A DNA stretch of 64,000 nt. Source: a virus. The notes beneath the pieces were generated by a model. It was not told the origin of the DNA. It saw nothing but the letters and a program-made list of their open reading frames with translations, and searched no databases. A program made the position numbers and the translations under genes. Below, piece by piece: positions 10,280-19,403 of the stretch. Numbering within the stretch: position 1 is the stretch's first letter; every line of letters begins with the position of its first letter. The DNA lies in the IMG/VR virus record IMGVR_UViG_3300000530_000014, positions 4,968 through 68,967 of that record; one strand, written 5' to 3'.

Positions 10280-10588
10280 TTAGTTTGTATTATTAAGTTT
10301 TTCTTTTGTTCTCCCCCACGCTGTAACACTTAATATACCACCCATTGAAACATGAAATAATCCCGCACCCTCTAAAGTTATAGGATGCCATTGTGTTTGA
10401 ACAGACCCATGACCTATGATTTGAATTATACTCCAAAATATTGGAGCTATTACAAAATCAAACAAATTGATGATAACATATGCCCAGCCCATCATTGGAC
10501 GCCATTTAGAATGTATCCAATGTTCTTTTTTATCTTCAGAATCTATTTGATCGTTGTTTTGTTGTTCTTCAGGAGTTTGATTTTCCAT
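10280..10588 (-). CDS. putative holin (3TM-holin-like), copy A
   Basis: HSKWRPMMGWAY, two TM stretches, W.P.TL.GAGLFH, GRTKEK; homologous to 24861..25211; lies in lysis cassette. Confidence 0.7.
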   Translation of the reverse strand: MENQTPEEQQNNDQIDSEDKKEHWIHSKWRPMMGWAYVIINLFDFVIAPIFWSIIQIIGHGSVQTQWHPITLEGAGLFHVSMGGILSVTAWGRTKEKLNNTN

Positions 10589-10600
10589 AACATACCCCTT

Positions 10601-10807
10601 CTAAATTGTTTCGGCTAATTTTAAAGCTCCCAACAATATTTCACGGTATGTAATGTCATCTTGTAATTCACTTGCAGAATCTTGTATTTGTTGAGAAACA
10701 TTCAAATCGTTGATTAATTCTTTATAATCATCTGAAGAAATTTCTCCATTTTGGTACTTTTGTTTATAATTTTTAGCCATTTCAGCTAATTGTTGTAATT
10801 GGCTCAT
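10601..10807 (-). CDS. small helical lysis-cassette protein, copy A
   Basis: 68 aa; syntenic with and similar in pattern to 26717..26974. Confidence 0.65.
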   Translation of the reverse strand: MSQLQQLAEMAKNYKQKYQNGEISSDDYKELINDLNVSQQIQDSASELQDDITYREILLGALKLAETI

Positions 10808-11172
10808 CTTGGTCTATTTCCTATTACCTTTTGTATTTCTTCTGATGATGATTCTATTATATTTAGTTTTGCTTGACAATAAAATTGATCAGTATTATTT
10901 TTATTTTTTAGTTCACTAACTATTTTAAATAAATCAGATGTCATTTTTATTGTTAATTCATTTGCAGGTAAATATTCACTATAATTTTTTAATTCATATG
11001 ACGATATATAAATTTCATTTATAGTGTCTCTATCACATTTATTCAGTAACGATAAAGTTCTAACTTCATTTACTAAGGCATATTCATTTGGATCAAAAGG
11101 TGCCATAAAAATTTTATCATAAGTTGCACATGATGATAATAAAAATGATAATAAGATTATGGTTCTTTTCAT
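10804..11172 (-). CDS. lipoprotein of unknown function in lysis cassette, copy A
   Basis: lipobox LSSC; PFD..EY.L, FYC.AK and terminal G.RPR shared with 26971..27375. Confidence 0.75.
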   Translation of the reverse strand: MKRTIILLSFLLSSCATYDKIFMAPFDPNEYALVNEVRTLSLLNKCDRDTINEIYISSYELKNYSEYLPANELTIKMTSDLFKIVSELKNKNNTDQFYCQAKLNIIESSSEEIQKVIGNRPR

Positions 11173-11175
11173 TTG

Positions 11176-11784
11176 TTAACTCAATATTTGTAAGTTATTG
11201 TTATAATGATTTAATCTATCTTCTAATCCTAATGTACCACCGTTTATTATTCTTGTCATTCTTTCAATATCGCCATTATCAGCACATTCATTTAAATTAT
11301 GTTTTTTCCAAAACCAACATGCTGATTCTACACAACCATCTTTTGTTTCCATATAAGATGATGTATCATTTAATGATTTTCCTATACTATCAGCAAATTG
11401 TTGATAATTTTCTTTACCTGTAATTTGAATTAGACCTCTTCCACAAAATCTCCATCCATCACCTGATTGTTCATCACCATTACCCATACGATTTGCATAT
11501 GCACGATTGGCAATCATTTCAGGATGCATAGCGTATTGATTTGCAATTTCATCTGTTGGAAATTCTCTTGGCCATACTCTTCTTAATGATTCTGCTCTAT
11601 AATATAAATTCTCTACAACACTTTTAAAATTATTTGATTCGTGTTGTGTTTGTGCAATAAATGCAGCAACTCTTTGTGGTGTATTAATTTCATAATCATC
11701 TAAAAAATTGGATAAAGAATCATACCAATCACTTAGATTGTTGTTTTGAACCATTTGATTCAATTGATCTAATGTTAAATCCAT
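11176..11784 (-). CDS. glycoside hydrolase family 19 endolysin, copy A
   Basis: FIAQTQHES, ENLYY, GDGWRFCGRGLIQITGKENY, TRIINGG..GLEDR. Confidence 0.92.
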   Translation of the reverse strand: MDLTLDQLNQMVQNNNLSDWYDSLSNFLDDYEINTPQRVAAFIAQTQHESNNFKSVVENLYYRAESLRRVWPREFPTDEIANQYAMHPEMIANRAYANRMGNGDEQSGDGWRFCGRGLIQITGKENYQQFADSIGKSLNDTSSYMETKDGCVESACWFWKKHNLNECADNGDIERMTRIINGGTLGLEDRLNHYNNNLQILS

Positions 11785-12082
11785 CTTGAACTCCTTCGAA
11801 TATTTTTTTCTGTTTATTGTACCACTCTATCCAAGCATTCAATTTCGCTTTTGTTTCATAATAAGTACCATAGTTTTCATTTGCATTTTCTAATAAATCC
11901 GCAAGTGTTTTTTTATCTGATGATAGTGATTTAAGGTTTGGTGCTGGTTGAAGAAGTTCCTTTGGTGCTTGTGGAAACTTTTCCTGTAACGGCACTGTTG
12001 TAGAGCATCCAGGCAGTATCATTAAGTTTACAATCAGAATTAATGATATTCCTATCGTGTTGTATATTTTTAGATATTTCAT
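11729..12082 (-). CDS. outer-membrane spanin (Rz1-like lipoprotein), copy A
   Basis: lipobox LPGC, Pro-rich FPQAP..L..P then helix; overlaps the i-spanin 3' end. Confidence 0.7.
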   Translation of the reverse strand: MKYLKIYNTIGISLILIVNLMILPGCSTTVPLQEKFPQAPKELLQPAPNLKSLSSDKKTLADLLENANENYGTYYETKAKLNAWIEWYNKQKKIFEGVQDGFNIRSIESNGSKQQSK

Positions 12083-12416
12083 TCACTCTTTCCTTAATAA
12101 TAACTGTTTTGTGTTTCAAAGCATCGTTTAGTTTTTGATTGACATCAGCTGATTGTTGTTCAGCTATTTTTATTTTGTTTTCTAAATCTTGCATCTTCAA
12201 TTTATAATCCAATTCTATACCATAACCACCCTCAAAATATATTGATACAACAAATATTAAAATTCCTAACCATTTCAATAATAAAAAATATGGAGTTGAT
12301 ATTAAAGGAATAAATTTAAGTTCTCCAAAAAGAACCAAAATGATACCAAATATCATTCCAAAATATATTGTTGTTTGTAACCATTCAGTGGGTATAAAAT
12401 TTAATAACCAAATCAT
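11931..12416 (-). CDS. inner-membrane spanin (Rz-like), copy A
   Basis: N-terminal TM segments, periplasmic coiled coil, C-terminal Cys. Confidence 0.7.
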   Translation of the reverse strand: MIWLLNFIPTEWLQTTIYFGMIFGIILVLFGELKFIPLISTPYFLLLKWLGILIFVVSIYFEGGYGIELDYKLKMQDLENKIKIAEQQSADVNQKLNDALKHKTVIIKERVNEISKNIQHDRNIINSDCKLNDTAWMLYNSAVTGKVSTSTKGTSSTSTKP

Positions 12417-12422
12417 AATTTT

Positions 12423-12644
12423 TTATATAGTAGGTTTTTTTCTTTTAACATTCATCATAACAGGTGATGGTGGATTATATGCTTTTTTCTTTTTCATTTG
12501 AACACCTGGTTCACCAAAATGACTTCCAGGAGGTTGACCTATACCAGCAATATTTCCACTACCTGATGTATTGGTTGGACCAGCAGAACCACCACCAATT
12601 GCTCCTACACCCATTTCTGTAATAAAGTCTTTAAATGTTTTCAT
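12423..12644 (-). CDS. small putative head-internal protein
   Basis: N-terminus MKTFKDFITE resembles the T4 capsid-targeting sequence MKTYQEFIAE; Gly-rich body. Confidence 0.55.
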   Translation of the reverse strand: MKTFKDFITEMGVGAIGGGSAGPTNTSGSGNIAGIGQPPGSHFGEPGVQMKKKKAYNPPSPVMMNVKRKKPTI

Positions 12645-13027
12645 ATGTTTTTTAATGTTCTTAATATAGTTAAATCTATTGGTATAGATGATGAATATAT
12701 TTCTTTTCCGTTTATACCTTCTATTTTTTCGGGCATTATTCTTAAATAAAATAAAAATGTTTTTAATATATCATAATCTCTGCTATCAATTTTAAAAAAT
12801 AAAATTCTTGATGTAACTTCTGGACCAAAAACATTATTTAATAAAATTATATGATTTAATATTAATCTTTCTTTTAAAATACTTTTAGTTTTATATCTTC
12901 TAAAAAGTCTTTTTAAATATTTTATTCTTTTTATATCATCTTCAAACTCTGACATTATACAATGTGGTGACATATAATGTTTAGTTGCATATAATATAAA
13001 ATTATCCTCATTCAAATCATCAAACAT
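12641..13027 (-). CDS. conserved T4-like phage hypothetical protein
   Basis: YATKHY.SP.C...EF.DD..RIKY, ERLILNHIILL.NVFG pattern. Confidence 0.75.
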   Translation of the reverse strand: MFDDLNEDNFILYATKHYMSPHCIMSEFEDDIKRIKYLKRLFRRYKTKSILKERLILNHIILLNNVFGPEVTSRILFFKIDSRDYDILKTFLFYLRIMPEKIEGINGKEIYSSSIPIDLTILRTLKNI

Positions 13028-13028
13028 A

Positions 13029-13514
13029 TTATCTTTGTCGTGGATCTAAGTTTCCATGTGTTTCGAAATCTGTTTCTGTTTTATTTTCTAATTCTAATAT
13101 ATCATTTAAACCATCTTCATCCACAACCATAGCGATAGATTCAAAATTGCCATCATTTGCTATTTCATAATGAAAGTAAAGAAAATATTTCTCACCTTGA
13201 TCTGCATGAGGAGGAGATACCATGCCATTAAGTTCTGCACCTGATGCATATGCAAATTGTGTTAAAGCCAATATTTCTTCACCTTCAAGACTATTGGCAA
13301 ATATAACTTTCGGTAATGTTATTCCATACAAAGACATTACCTTAAAAATTCTTAACCAAATCGTATAAGGACTTACAAATGTTCCCGCTGTTGCTGCCAC
13401 TAAGTTACGATTCAACTCTGATAAAGTTTCTGGATCATTTATATCCACTTTATTCTTAATAACAGTCACAACAGGAACACTACATTCCTTAATAAATTGA
13501 TTAAATGATAACAT
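13029..13514 (-). CDS. hypothetical protein, possible head-internal protein
   Basis: N-terminus MLSFNQFIKE resembles a capsid-targeting sequence. Confidence 0.6.
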   Translation of the reverse strand: MLSFNQFIKECSVPVVTVIKNKVDINDPETLSELNRNLVAATAGTFVSPYTIWLRIFKVMSLYGITLPKVIFANSLEGEEILALTQFAYASGAELNGMVSPPHADQGEKYFLYFHYEIANDGNFESIAMVVDEDGLNDILELENKTETDFETHGNLDPRQR

Positions 13515-14095
13515 TATACACCAGGGAAAATGTTACCAGCAGATGTTGTTCCGCTACTCGCATTTGCAGCTTGTGTATTTGCTAAAGCAACCAATGTTTC
13601 ATTTAAGTAACGAACAGTACCATCATTATTAATTTTCTTAAATGTATGGTTCCATCCTTCATTAACATTACCCACAATCGTATTTGCAATTCTTGTTGGT
13701 GTTACTAATACTGTATCTTGGTTATAATTTAATTCAACTGGTTTGTTAACATTGTATGCAATAGCAGTATCGAATTCAACTATTGTACCAACTGCAACAT
13801 TACTTGTTACATTTGCACTTAATGTTACTGTTGTACCAACTACTGAAATTACTGTCGTATTGCTTTCAAAGAAACCTGGATAACCGTCAGCTGAAAGACC
13901 GCTTGGTTGAGTTCCTTGTCCAGCAACATATACATATTGACCAGCAACAATACCTGTTGCAGATACAACATTAATTGTATTATTTCCTGCTACAGCTTGT
14001 GCTGATAAAGCGACTTGAACTGTATCTCTTGTTTGACGCTCATAATCAAATTTTGGTTTTTGATTAGATGCATCTGTATTACCCCATGTTGGCAT
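13514..14095 (-). CDS. putative virion structural protein
   Basis: MPTWGNTD start, beta-rich T/V/N/G composition, ETLVA motif; TAAATA upstream. Confidence 0.6.
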   Translation of the reverse strand: MPTWGNTDASNQKPKFDYERQTRDTVQVALSAQAVAGNNTINVVSATGIVAGQYVYVAGQGTQPSGLSADGYPGFFESNTTVISVVGTTVTLSANVTSNVAVGTIVEFDTAIAYNVNKPVELNYNQDTVLVTPTRIANTIVGNVNEGWNHTFKKINNDGTVRYLNETLVALANTQAANASSGTTSAGNIFPGV

Positions 14096-14130
14096 GACTA
14101 TCTCCTTAAATTATACTTGGGTTTGTGTTA

Positions 14131-15330
14131 CTATTTATCTTTCTTTTTATTAAGTGTTTTATTAATTGAATTATCGTTTTGACCAGGTCTTTGTGCCATT
14201 ACTGGATCTATTTCCACATCATCTCTTTTTTGTCCAGTTAGTGTTTTACCACCAGTTAATGTTGCAGCAGCTCTTGGTTTATTATCACCATAATTTTGAT
14301 TTTCATCTGGTATAATATGTTTTGGTTTTTTGCCATATGTTTTAACTGATTTATCTTCTTTTTCATGGTCAAACATATCTTCTTTAACCATTCTATGCTT
14401 TTTATAAATTGCTTTAATTATTCTTGCAGATTTTGCTTTTTCTGTTTTCAATCTATCAGCTGGATTAGGTTTTAATGTTTGATTAGGAGTAGTTCCCATA
14501 TCAAAAGATGTTTGTGTTGCTGCTTGTGGATCTTGAAAAACATCTTCTGATGCAAGTTTAATACCTTTTTCACGTTTATTAATTATATTTGTAGCTAAAT
14601 TAGGATATTTTGTTTTTGATGCATAAGGTTTCAATTCATCAACAGATTTTTTTGCTTTTTCCAAATATGATTTTTTTGTTTCTTGTGAAATTTCATCAAT
14701 TTGTTCAAAATCTTCTTTTCTAATTGTTTTTTTAATATCTTTCATTGTATTGGATAATTGTTTGGCAGAAGCTACCATAACATTACCCCATCGATCTGTT
14801 GATTTTTTATGTTGACCTTTTGCAGTTAATTCATCAGCAGATTTTTTTGCTTTATCTTTGTATCTTTGTAGTAATTCATTACTCAATTCATCAATTTGTT
14901 CTAATTCCTCTTTTTTCAATGCTCCAGAAGGAGTTTTGATTGGATCACCTTTTTCGTATGATGATCTCAATTTTGAAACTCGTTTTTCTGTTGGTGAAGT
15001 AGAAACTCTATCTCTTCCACCATGTTGATTAACATCTTCTTGAACTTTATCGTTTTTATGTGATATTGCCCACATTTTGAATTGATTGGATTTGGAATAT
15101 GCAACTTTACGAGGCATACTTAAATACTTTGGATCAACACCCAAAGAACGAATAAATCTGTCTAATAAACTTTCATTCAATTGTTCTTCTGTTATACCAG
15201 CTTTTGCTGACCATGGATCCAAAGGATCTGTTCCAAAAGTTGATTTTGGTGCAGTATTCACTTTAATAGCATTAGGTATTAAATCTTTTGCTTTTTTGTG
15301 AATATCTTTTATTATCTTTTTCTTATCCAT
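14131..15330 (-). CDS. basic modular head-internal/prohead-core-like protein
   Basis: K/E-rich; repeated EQIDE(L/I)S....Y..KAKKS.DEL modules. Confidence 0.6.
   Translation of the reverse strand: MDKKKIIKDIHKKAKDLIPNAIKVNTAPKSTFGTDPLDPWSAKAGITEEQLNESLLDRFIRSLGVDPKYLSMPRKVAYSKSNQFKMWAISHKNDKVQEDVNQHGGRDRVSTSPTEKRVSKLRSSYEKGDPIKTPSGALKKEELEQIDELSNELLQRYKDKAKKSADELTAKGQHKKSTDRWGNVMVASAKQLSNTMKDIKKTIRKEDFEQIDEISQETKKSYLEKAKKSVDELKPYASKTKYPNLATNIINKREKGIKLASEDVFQDPQAATQTSFDMGTTPNQTLKPNPADRLKTEKAKSARIIKAIYKKHRMVKEDMFDHEKEDKSVKTYGKKPKHIIPDENQNYGDNKPRAAATLTGGKTLTGQKRDDVEIDPVMAQRPGQNDNSINKTLNKKKDK
14132..14137 (-). promoter_or_regulatory. T4-type late promoter motif
   Basis: ATAAATA upstream of 13514..14095 followed by AAGGAG RBS. 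Confidence 0.6.
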
Positions 15331-17356
15331 TTAATTCATCACCTTCTGCTACACCTTGCTCTTTACGGCTATCTAACTTGTTGAACGCTTTTGCGAAACC
15401 CATTACACTCTTGCTGGCTTTTTTGTCTGGACGCTTTGTAGGATCCATTTTATGCTTACGAGAATCAGCATCAACTTTAGTTAGATAGTTAGATAATGTT
15501 TTATTGCTAACTTCTTCCAATGAGCCTTCTTCAACAGACTCTTCTAATTCTTTTATTAGCATATCGATTTTTTCATTACGTTCTTCCTGTAATTGATCCC
15601 AATAATTCTGTTCACGGGATTCACCAAATTTTGTTTGATAAGCATTGGGATTCATGCTGTGTCTAGTGCCTAACACACGCATACCTTCTCCGGCTAATAA
15701 TAAGTCATACATTAATTTGATAACTTTAAAAGGACTGTTTAATTCATCAATCTTGTGATAAAAATAAGAGATCTTTTCTGGTTTCATCCTGCGCACAGGT
15801 TTACCTTTGATCAATTCTTTAGCACGTGCTTTAAGAGTAGGTAGATCGTGTATGCGCTCTAGATTCTTGATATCGTCTGCGGTAAAATTATCTTCTTCAG
15901 GATCGTGACCTTTTGCTTCGTCTAAGTCAGACAAACGATAATAGTGTTGTCTTCTATAGGATTCTGCAGCTTCTTTATTGTCAAATGTAGCTACATGACG
16001 GTCGTCCCAACTGAATACACGGAATACTTTTTTTGTACGACCATCGGCAGTGGTTTCTACAGCCGATTTAATATAAGGCGATGACCGCTGTGATGCTTCA
16101 TTGGCAACATTACCACCACCGCCCATTGGGCTAGTAGTATCAGAGGGACCACCTTCGATGCCTGTGCCGTAGTCTTCCTCTATACCATCATTAACTTTAC
16201 GTGTGCCGTGTACTTCTACATTACCTTCTGCTACATCTTGCCTTTTACCGCCATGGACAACATAGTATGGTTTTGGTGTGAGTTTTACCAGGCCAAAAGT
16301 TGCTAACAACTTTTCATTTGATCCAATCAAGTCTTTTGCTCGTTCAATGGCTTCTTCAGGTGTATTTCCACGCAATAGAGTCAGTTCTTTGCCAGTGGAG
16401 TCTGTTAGTGAGTATTGATTGTCATCATAATCAGGCCAGTTTTCCGCCACACCTTCTTTTTTATACTTCTTAGAGGTTTTAAGATCTTTCACAAAACGAT
16501 TGAAAGCCGATTGGGGATTGCCTTTTTCACGGGCTGTAATATCCAAAAATCTTGTAGCACCATTTTTCATTGTGATTTTTAGTGCTCCTGGTCCGAAATA
16601 ATCATTTGTATACCAACTTGCTACTCCAACCACCTGACCTGTCTTATTGTTGATGATTTCATAGTCAGTATCTTTTGCCTTTATTTCATCTGTATACTCA
16701 TCAGGATCACCAGGTTTAACATATTTGTTTACATTTGTTTTCTTTAGAATGTAGCCTTCCGCTACACCTTCGTTTTTATGTTTGAAATATTCTACTTCGC
16801 GCTCGCGTTTCTCTGCGCCGGCTTTGGTAGGATACTTACCTAGATTCTTACCTGTTTTTTTAGATTTCAATTCGTATCCACCTTTAACTTTAGAAATATG
16901 TTCTGCTACTTCTTGATCGTGCGCCCAGTTTCGAACGTCTGAGTCTCGATTATACATGTCTGCTTCTTCTGCATCGCTGTCTGCATAGTCGTTAAAGCTA
17001 ACATCACTGCTATGAAAACTATGTTTGCCATGATTATATAAGTTAACTACAACAAATCTTTTGTCTTTGCCAAAATCGACAATTTCTCCAGTTGCACCTT
17101 TAAACTTTACTGGCCCTGTGATAATAACTGGATCACCGGTGTGCAACTCCTCGGCATTTTCGTCGACCCCGGTTAGTGCAGGGATAGTATCTACGACCTC
17201 ATCGGATTCGCTGGTCCATTCTCCCCCGGGGGTCGCACCACTGGACCATTCTCCATCATCGGGGCCAGTAGACCAAGAATTCTGTGCACCATGCCATGCA
17301 TCACCAGAATCTTCTTTTATGGATTGTTTTTTGTTAAAGAGATCATTTATAAACAT
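15323..17356 (-). CDS. GVAEG-repeat modular head-associated protein (possibly chimeric at 3' end)
   Basis: GVAEG, GVAEN, DVAEG, GVAEG linkers separating unrelated-looking modules; spans the compositional shift. Confidence 0.6.
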   Translation of the reverse strand: MFINDLFNKKQSIKEDSGDAWHGAQNSWSTGPDDGEWSSGATPGGEWTSESDEVVDTIPALTGVDENAEELHTGDPVIITGPVKFKGATGEIVDFGKDKRFVVVNLYNHGKHSFHSSDVSFNDYADSDAEEADMYNRDSDVRNWAHDQEVAEHISKVKGGYELKSKKTGKNLGKYPTKAGAEKREREVEYFKHKNEGVAEGYILKKTNVNKYVKPGDPDEYTDEIKAKDTDYEIINNKTGQVVGVASWYTNDYFGPGALKITMKNGATRFLDITAREKGNPQSAFNRFVKDLKTSKKYKKEGVAENWPDYDDNQYSLTDSTGKELTLLRGNTPEEAIERAKDLIGSNEKLLATFGLVKLTPKPYYVVHGGKRQDVAEGNVEVHGTRKVNDGIEEDYGTGIEGGPSDTTSPMGGGGNVANEASQRSSPYIKSAVETTADGRTKKVFRVFSWDDRHVATFDNKEAAESYRRQHYYRLSDLDEAKGHDPEEDNFTADDIKNLERIHDLPTLKARAKELIKGKPVRRMKPEKISYFYHKIDELNSPFKVIKLMYDLLLAGEGMRVLGTRHSMNPNAYQTKFGESREQNYWDQLQEERNEKIDMLIKELEESVEEGSLEEVSNKTLSNYLTKVDADSRKHKMDPTKRPDKKASKSVMGFAKAFNKLDSRKEQGVAEGDELNG

Positions 17357-17357
17357 G

Positions 17358-17969
17358 TTATTTGTTCCCTGAGGCCTGTTTCATCACATTACTTAGCTGT
17401 TGTACCTGGCTGGGTGTAGCAGTGGCCATGAACTTGCTTAACTGTTCACCTGATGTCATGGCTAATTTTTTAGTTTCGGGATCCATGCCTGCACCGGTAG
17501 GGTTATTAGTTAGTTTAGGATTTTTAGCAATGGCTACTGAAGATTTAGCAGCAGCACTAGGACTGACTGCGCTGGGTAAATCGAGACCTGTTTTGGCACG
17601 CTGTATATTCTGCATAGCCTGATCTGTCTGTTTCTGTAGCGCCGCTTTGTCTTGCTGTGTCTGTTGTTGTGGTTGGCTGTTATCTGCGCCAAATTCTTTA
17701 AGATATTGATCCCAGGATTGGCGTAATTCTTCCTCGAGATCAACATCTTCCTCACATCCACCTACACCCATACCAGGTTTAGGTGGATTAGGATCTGTGC
17801 CCTTCCAGTATCCACCAAATTTAGCACCACTAGGATTATGAGCAGCATCAGCCATAGACCCTTCAGATTTGGGTTTTTCCTTAGACTTTTTCTTAGCAAT
17901 AGCCGCCTGTTGTGCTGGATTAGCAGCTTCTACTTTGGCTAGAGTTTCTAATATTTTATAAATGTTCAT
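17358..17969 (-). CDS. Q/A/G-rich putative head-internal protein
   Basis: low-complexity 203 aa ORF in the same operon. Confidence 0.6.
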   Translation of the reverse strand: MNIYKILETLAKVEAANPAQQAAIAKKKSKEKPKSEGSMADAAHNPSGAKFGGYWKGTDPNPPKPGMGVGGCEEDVDLEEELRQSWDQYLKEFGADNSQPQQQTQQDKAALQKQTDQAMQNIQRAKTGLDLPSAVSPSAAAKSSVAIAKNPKLTNNPTGAGMDPETKKLAMTSGEQLSKFMATATPSQVQQLSNVMKQASGNK

Positions 17970-18253
17970 TATCTGCGTACCTTTACTGAGCCACCTTTTG
18001 ATACTTGATTAGTGTATCGCTTCTGTCTGCGTATGATATCTGTAGGGCCTGCGCCTAATGGGCCAACGACTGCCGATACTGAAGCCACCCCAGTGGCACC
18101 AGCAGTGGCTTCTTCGCTTAATAGTTGTTGATATAAGTCTTCTGCATGCTCTCTTGCAAAAGGTACTGGTTCATCCGGAATTGCATTTTCCGCAACAGGA
18201 GTGCTATTTTCTATTTTTTTCTCTGTTTTTTGTATAAAATCTTGTGTTTTCAT
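17969..18253 (-). CDS. small putative head-internal protein
   Basis: EEATAGAT motif, late promoter upstream. Confidence 0.6.
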   Translation of the reverse strand: MKTQDFIQKTEKKIENSTPVAENAIPDEPVPFAREHAEDLYQQLLSEEATAGATGVASVSAVVGPLGAGPTDIIRRQKRYTNQVSKGGSVKVRR

Positions 18254-18264
18254 GATCTTTTTCT

Positions 18265-18290
18265 AGTGTTTTAGTTATTTATACTACACT
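18265..18290 (-). promoter_or_regulatory. late promoter TATAAATA in the loop of an imperfect hairpin
   Basis: AGTGT-AGT-ATAAATA-ACT-AAA-ACACT on minus strand. Confidence 0.55.
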
Positions 18291-18550
18291 GTAACAAAGT
18301 CATAAGAACAGTTGTTGCCGTCTAGAGTTATATTTTTTACAGTTATATGTCCGCTACCTGATACTTGAGTAATTTCTAGTCTATGATTACCTGGATTGAG
18401 ATTGACAAATATGTTCTCACGTATAAAAATCTCAGGGCCAGGCCAGACAAAGTCTCTTTCAGTCAGCAGATCGCCATCTACAAATATCCTATACCTTGGA
18501 GGTATATCGCTGTAGCTGGCATAAACGTCTGCTGTGAGTTTATGTTCCAT
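18284..18550 (-). CDS. hypothetical beta-rich protein
   Basis: 88 aa, P.YRIFVDGDLLTER; resembles 19404..19850. Confidence 0.65.
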   Translation of the reverse strand: MEHKLTADVYASYSDIPPRYRIFVDGDLLTERDFVWPGPEIFIRENIFVNLNPGNHRLEITQVSGSGHITVKNITLDGNNCSYDFVTV

Positions 18551-18551
18551 G

Positions 18552-19370
18552 TTACCCTTTGCCTACAGAACGTTTAACTGTTTTTTGTCCTGTTTTTGGA
18601 GAACGTGTAGGGAAAAATGCCTGCATTTCTTTACCTAATGTTTCTCCGTTGACTGCATTTTGATCACCTGTGACTGCCATGACATATCTGGGATCTTTGG
18701 TGTTGCGCACTACCCCCACTCCTGCTGCATCTTCCTTGACAGCATTAGCGCCTAGTTTACTATCCATGATCTGTTGCGCTTCTGGGGTATATCTGCCAAA
18801 CAGTTCCTTGACTGCAACCTTGCGCCGTTGTTCATCTGACTGGGTGTATAAACTGCGCAATTCTGTACCGCTGCGCATGGGCTGACCTAATATTTTAAAA
18901 TCAAATGTCGGTACAGTCATGATATAGGCGTGCTGATCTGCACGCTGGCACTGTCGTATGTCTTTGAACGGTTGGAAGTAGCTAGGAGATCCATCTTTCT
19001 TAGAGCCAAAACTAAATCTAGGATCTTCTGCCATGTCTTTGGCACTGACAGCAAATATAGCCACGGTATTGGCTTTGTCCACGGAAGATAACAAGGGATT
19101 CCGCAATAACTGATCTATCACATAAGGTTGCGAGGATTCAACGATGCGATCATTGGGCACGCCCGTCAACATCATAAAATACTGTTTTTCTGTGAAATTA
19201 AAAGGACTGCGAGGAGGGTCTAATTTATTGCTGGTAGCAACAAACACATTATTACGACCAAATTTACCTGTTAGATGCTCGTAGACAGCATAATGTCCTT
19301 TATGCCAAGGTTGGAATCTACCGGGATAGATGACTAATAATCGTAATTCTGTTAATTCAGTTAAAAACAT
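18552..19370 (-). CDS. HIGH-superfamily cytidylyltransferase-like nucleotidyltransferase
   Basis: YPGRFQPWHKGH (HxGH) and RSGTELR (SxS/TxxR-type) motifs. Confidence 0.8.
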   Translation of the reverse strand: MFLTELTELRLLVIYPGRFQPWHKGHYAVYEHLTGKFGRNNVFVATSNKLDPPRSPFNFTEKQYFMMLTGVPNDRIVESSQPYVIDQLLRNPLLSSVDKANTVAIFAVSAKDMAEDPRFSFGSKKDGSPSYFQPFKDIRQCQRADQHAYIMTVPTFDFKILGQPMRSGTELRSLYTQSDEQRRKVAVKELFGRYTPEAQQIMDSKLGANAVKEDAAGVGVVRNTKDPRYVMAVTGDQNAVNGETLGKEMQAFFPTRSPKTGQKTVKRSVGKG

Positions 19371-19401
19371 AGTAATAGTTCGCTCGCTATTACTATATTT
19401 A
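19368..19401 (-). promoter_or_regulatory. start-codon-sequestering hairpin overlapping late promoter
   Basis: TAAAT-ATAGTAATAG-CGAGCGAA-CTATTACTAT-G: perfect 10-bp stem whose 3' arm includes AT of ATG. Confidence 0.75.
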
Positions 19402-19403
19402 GT

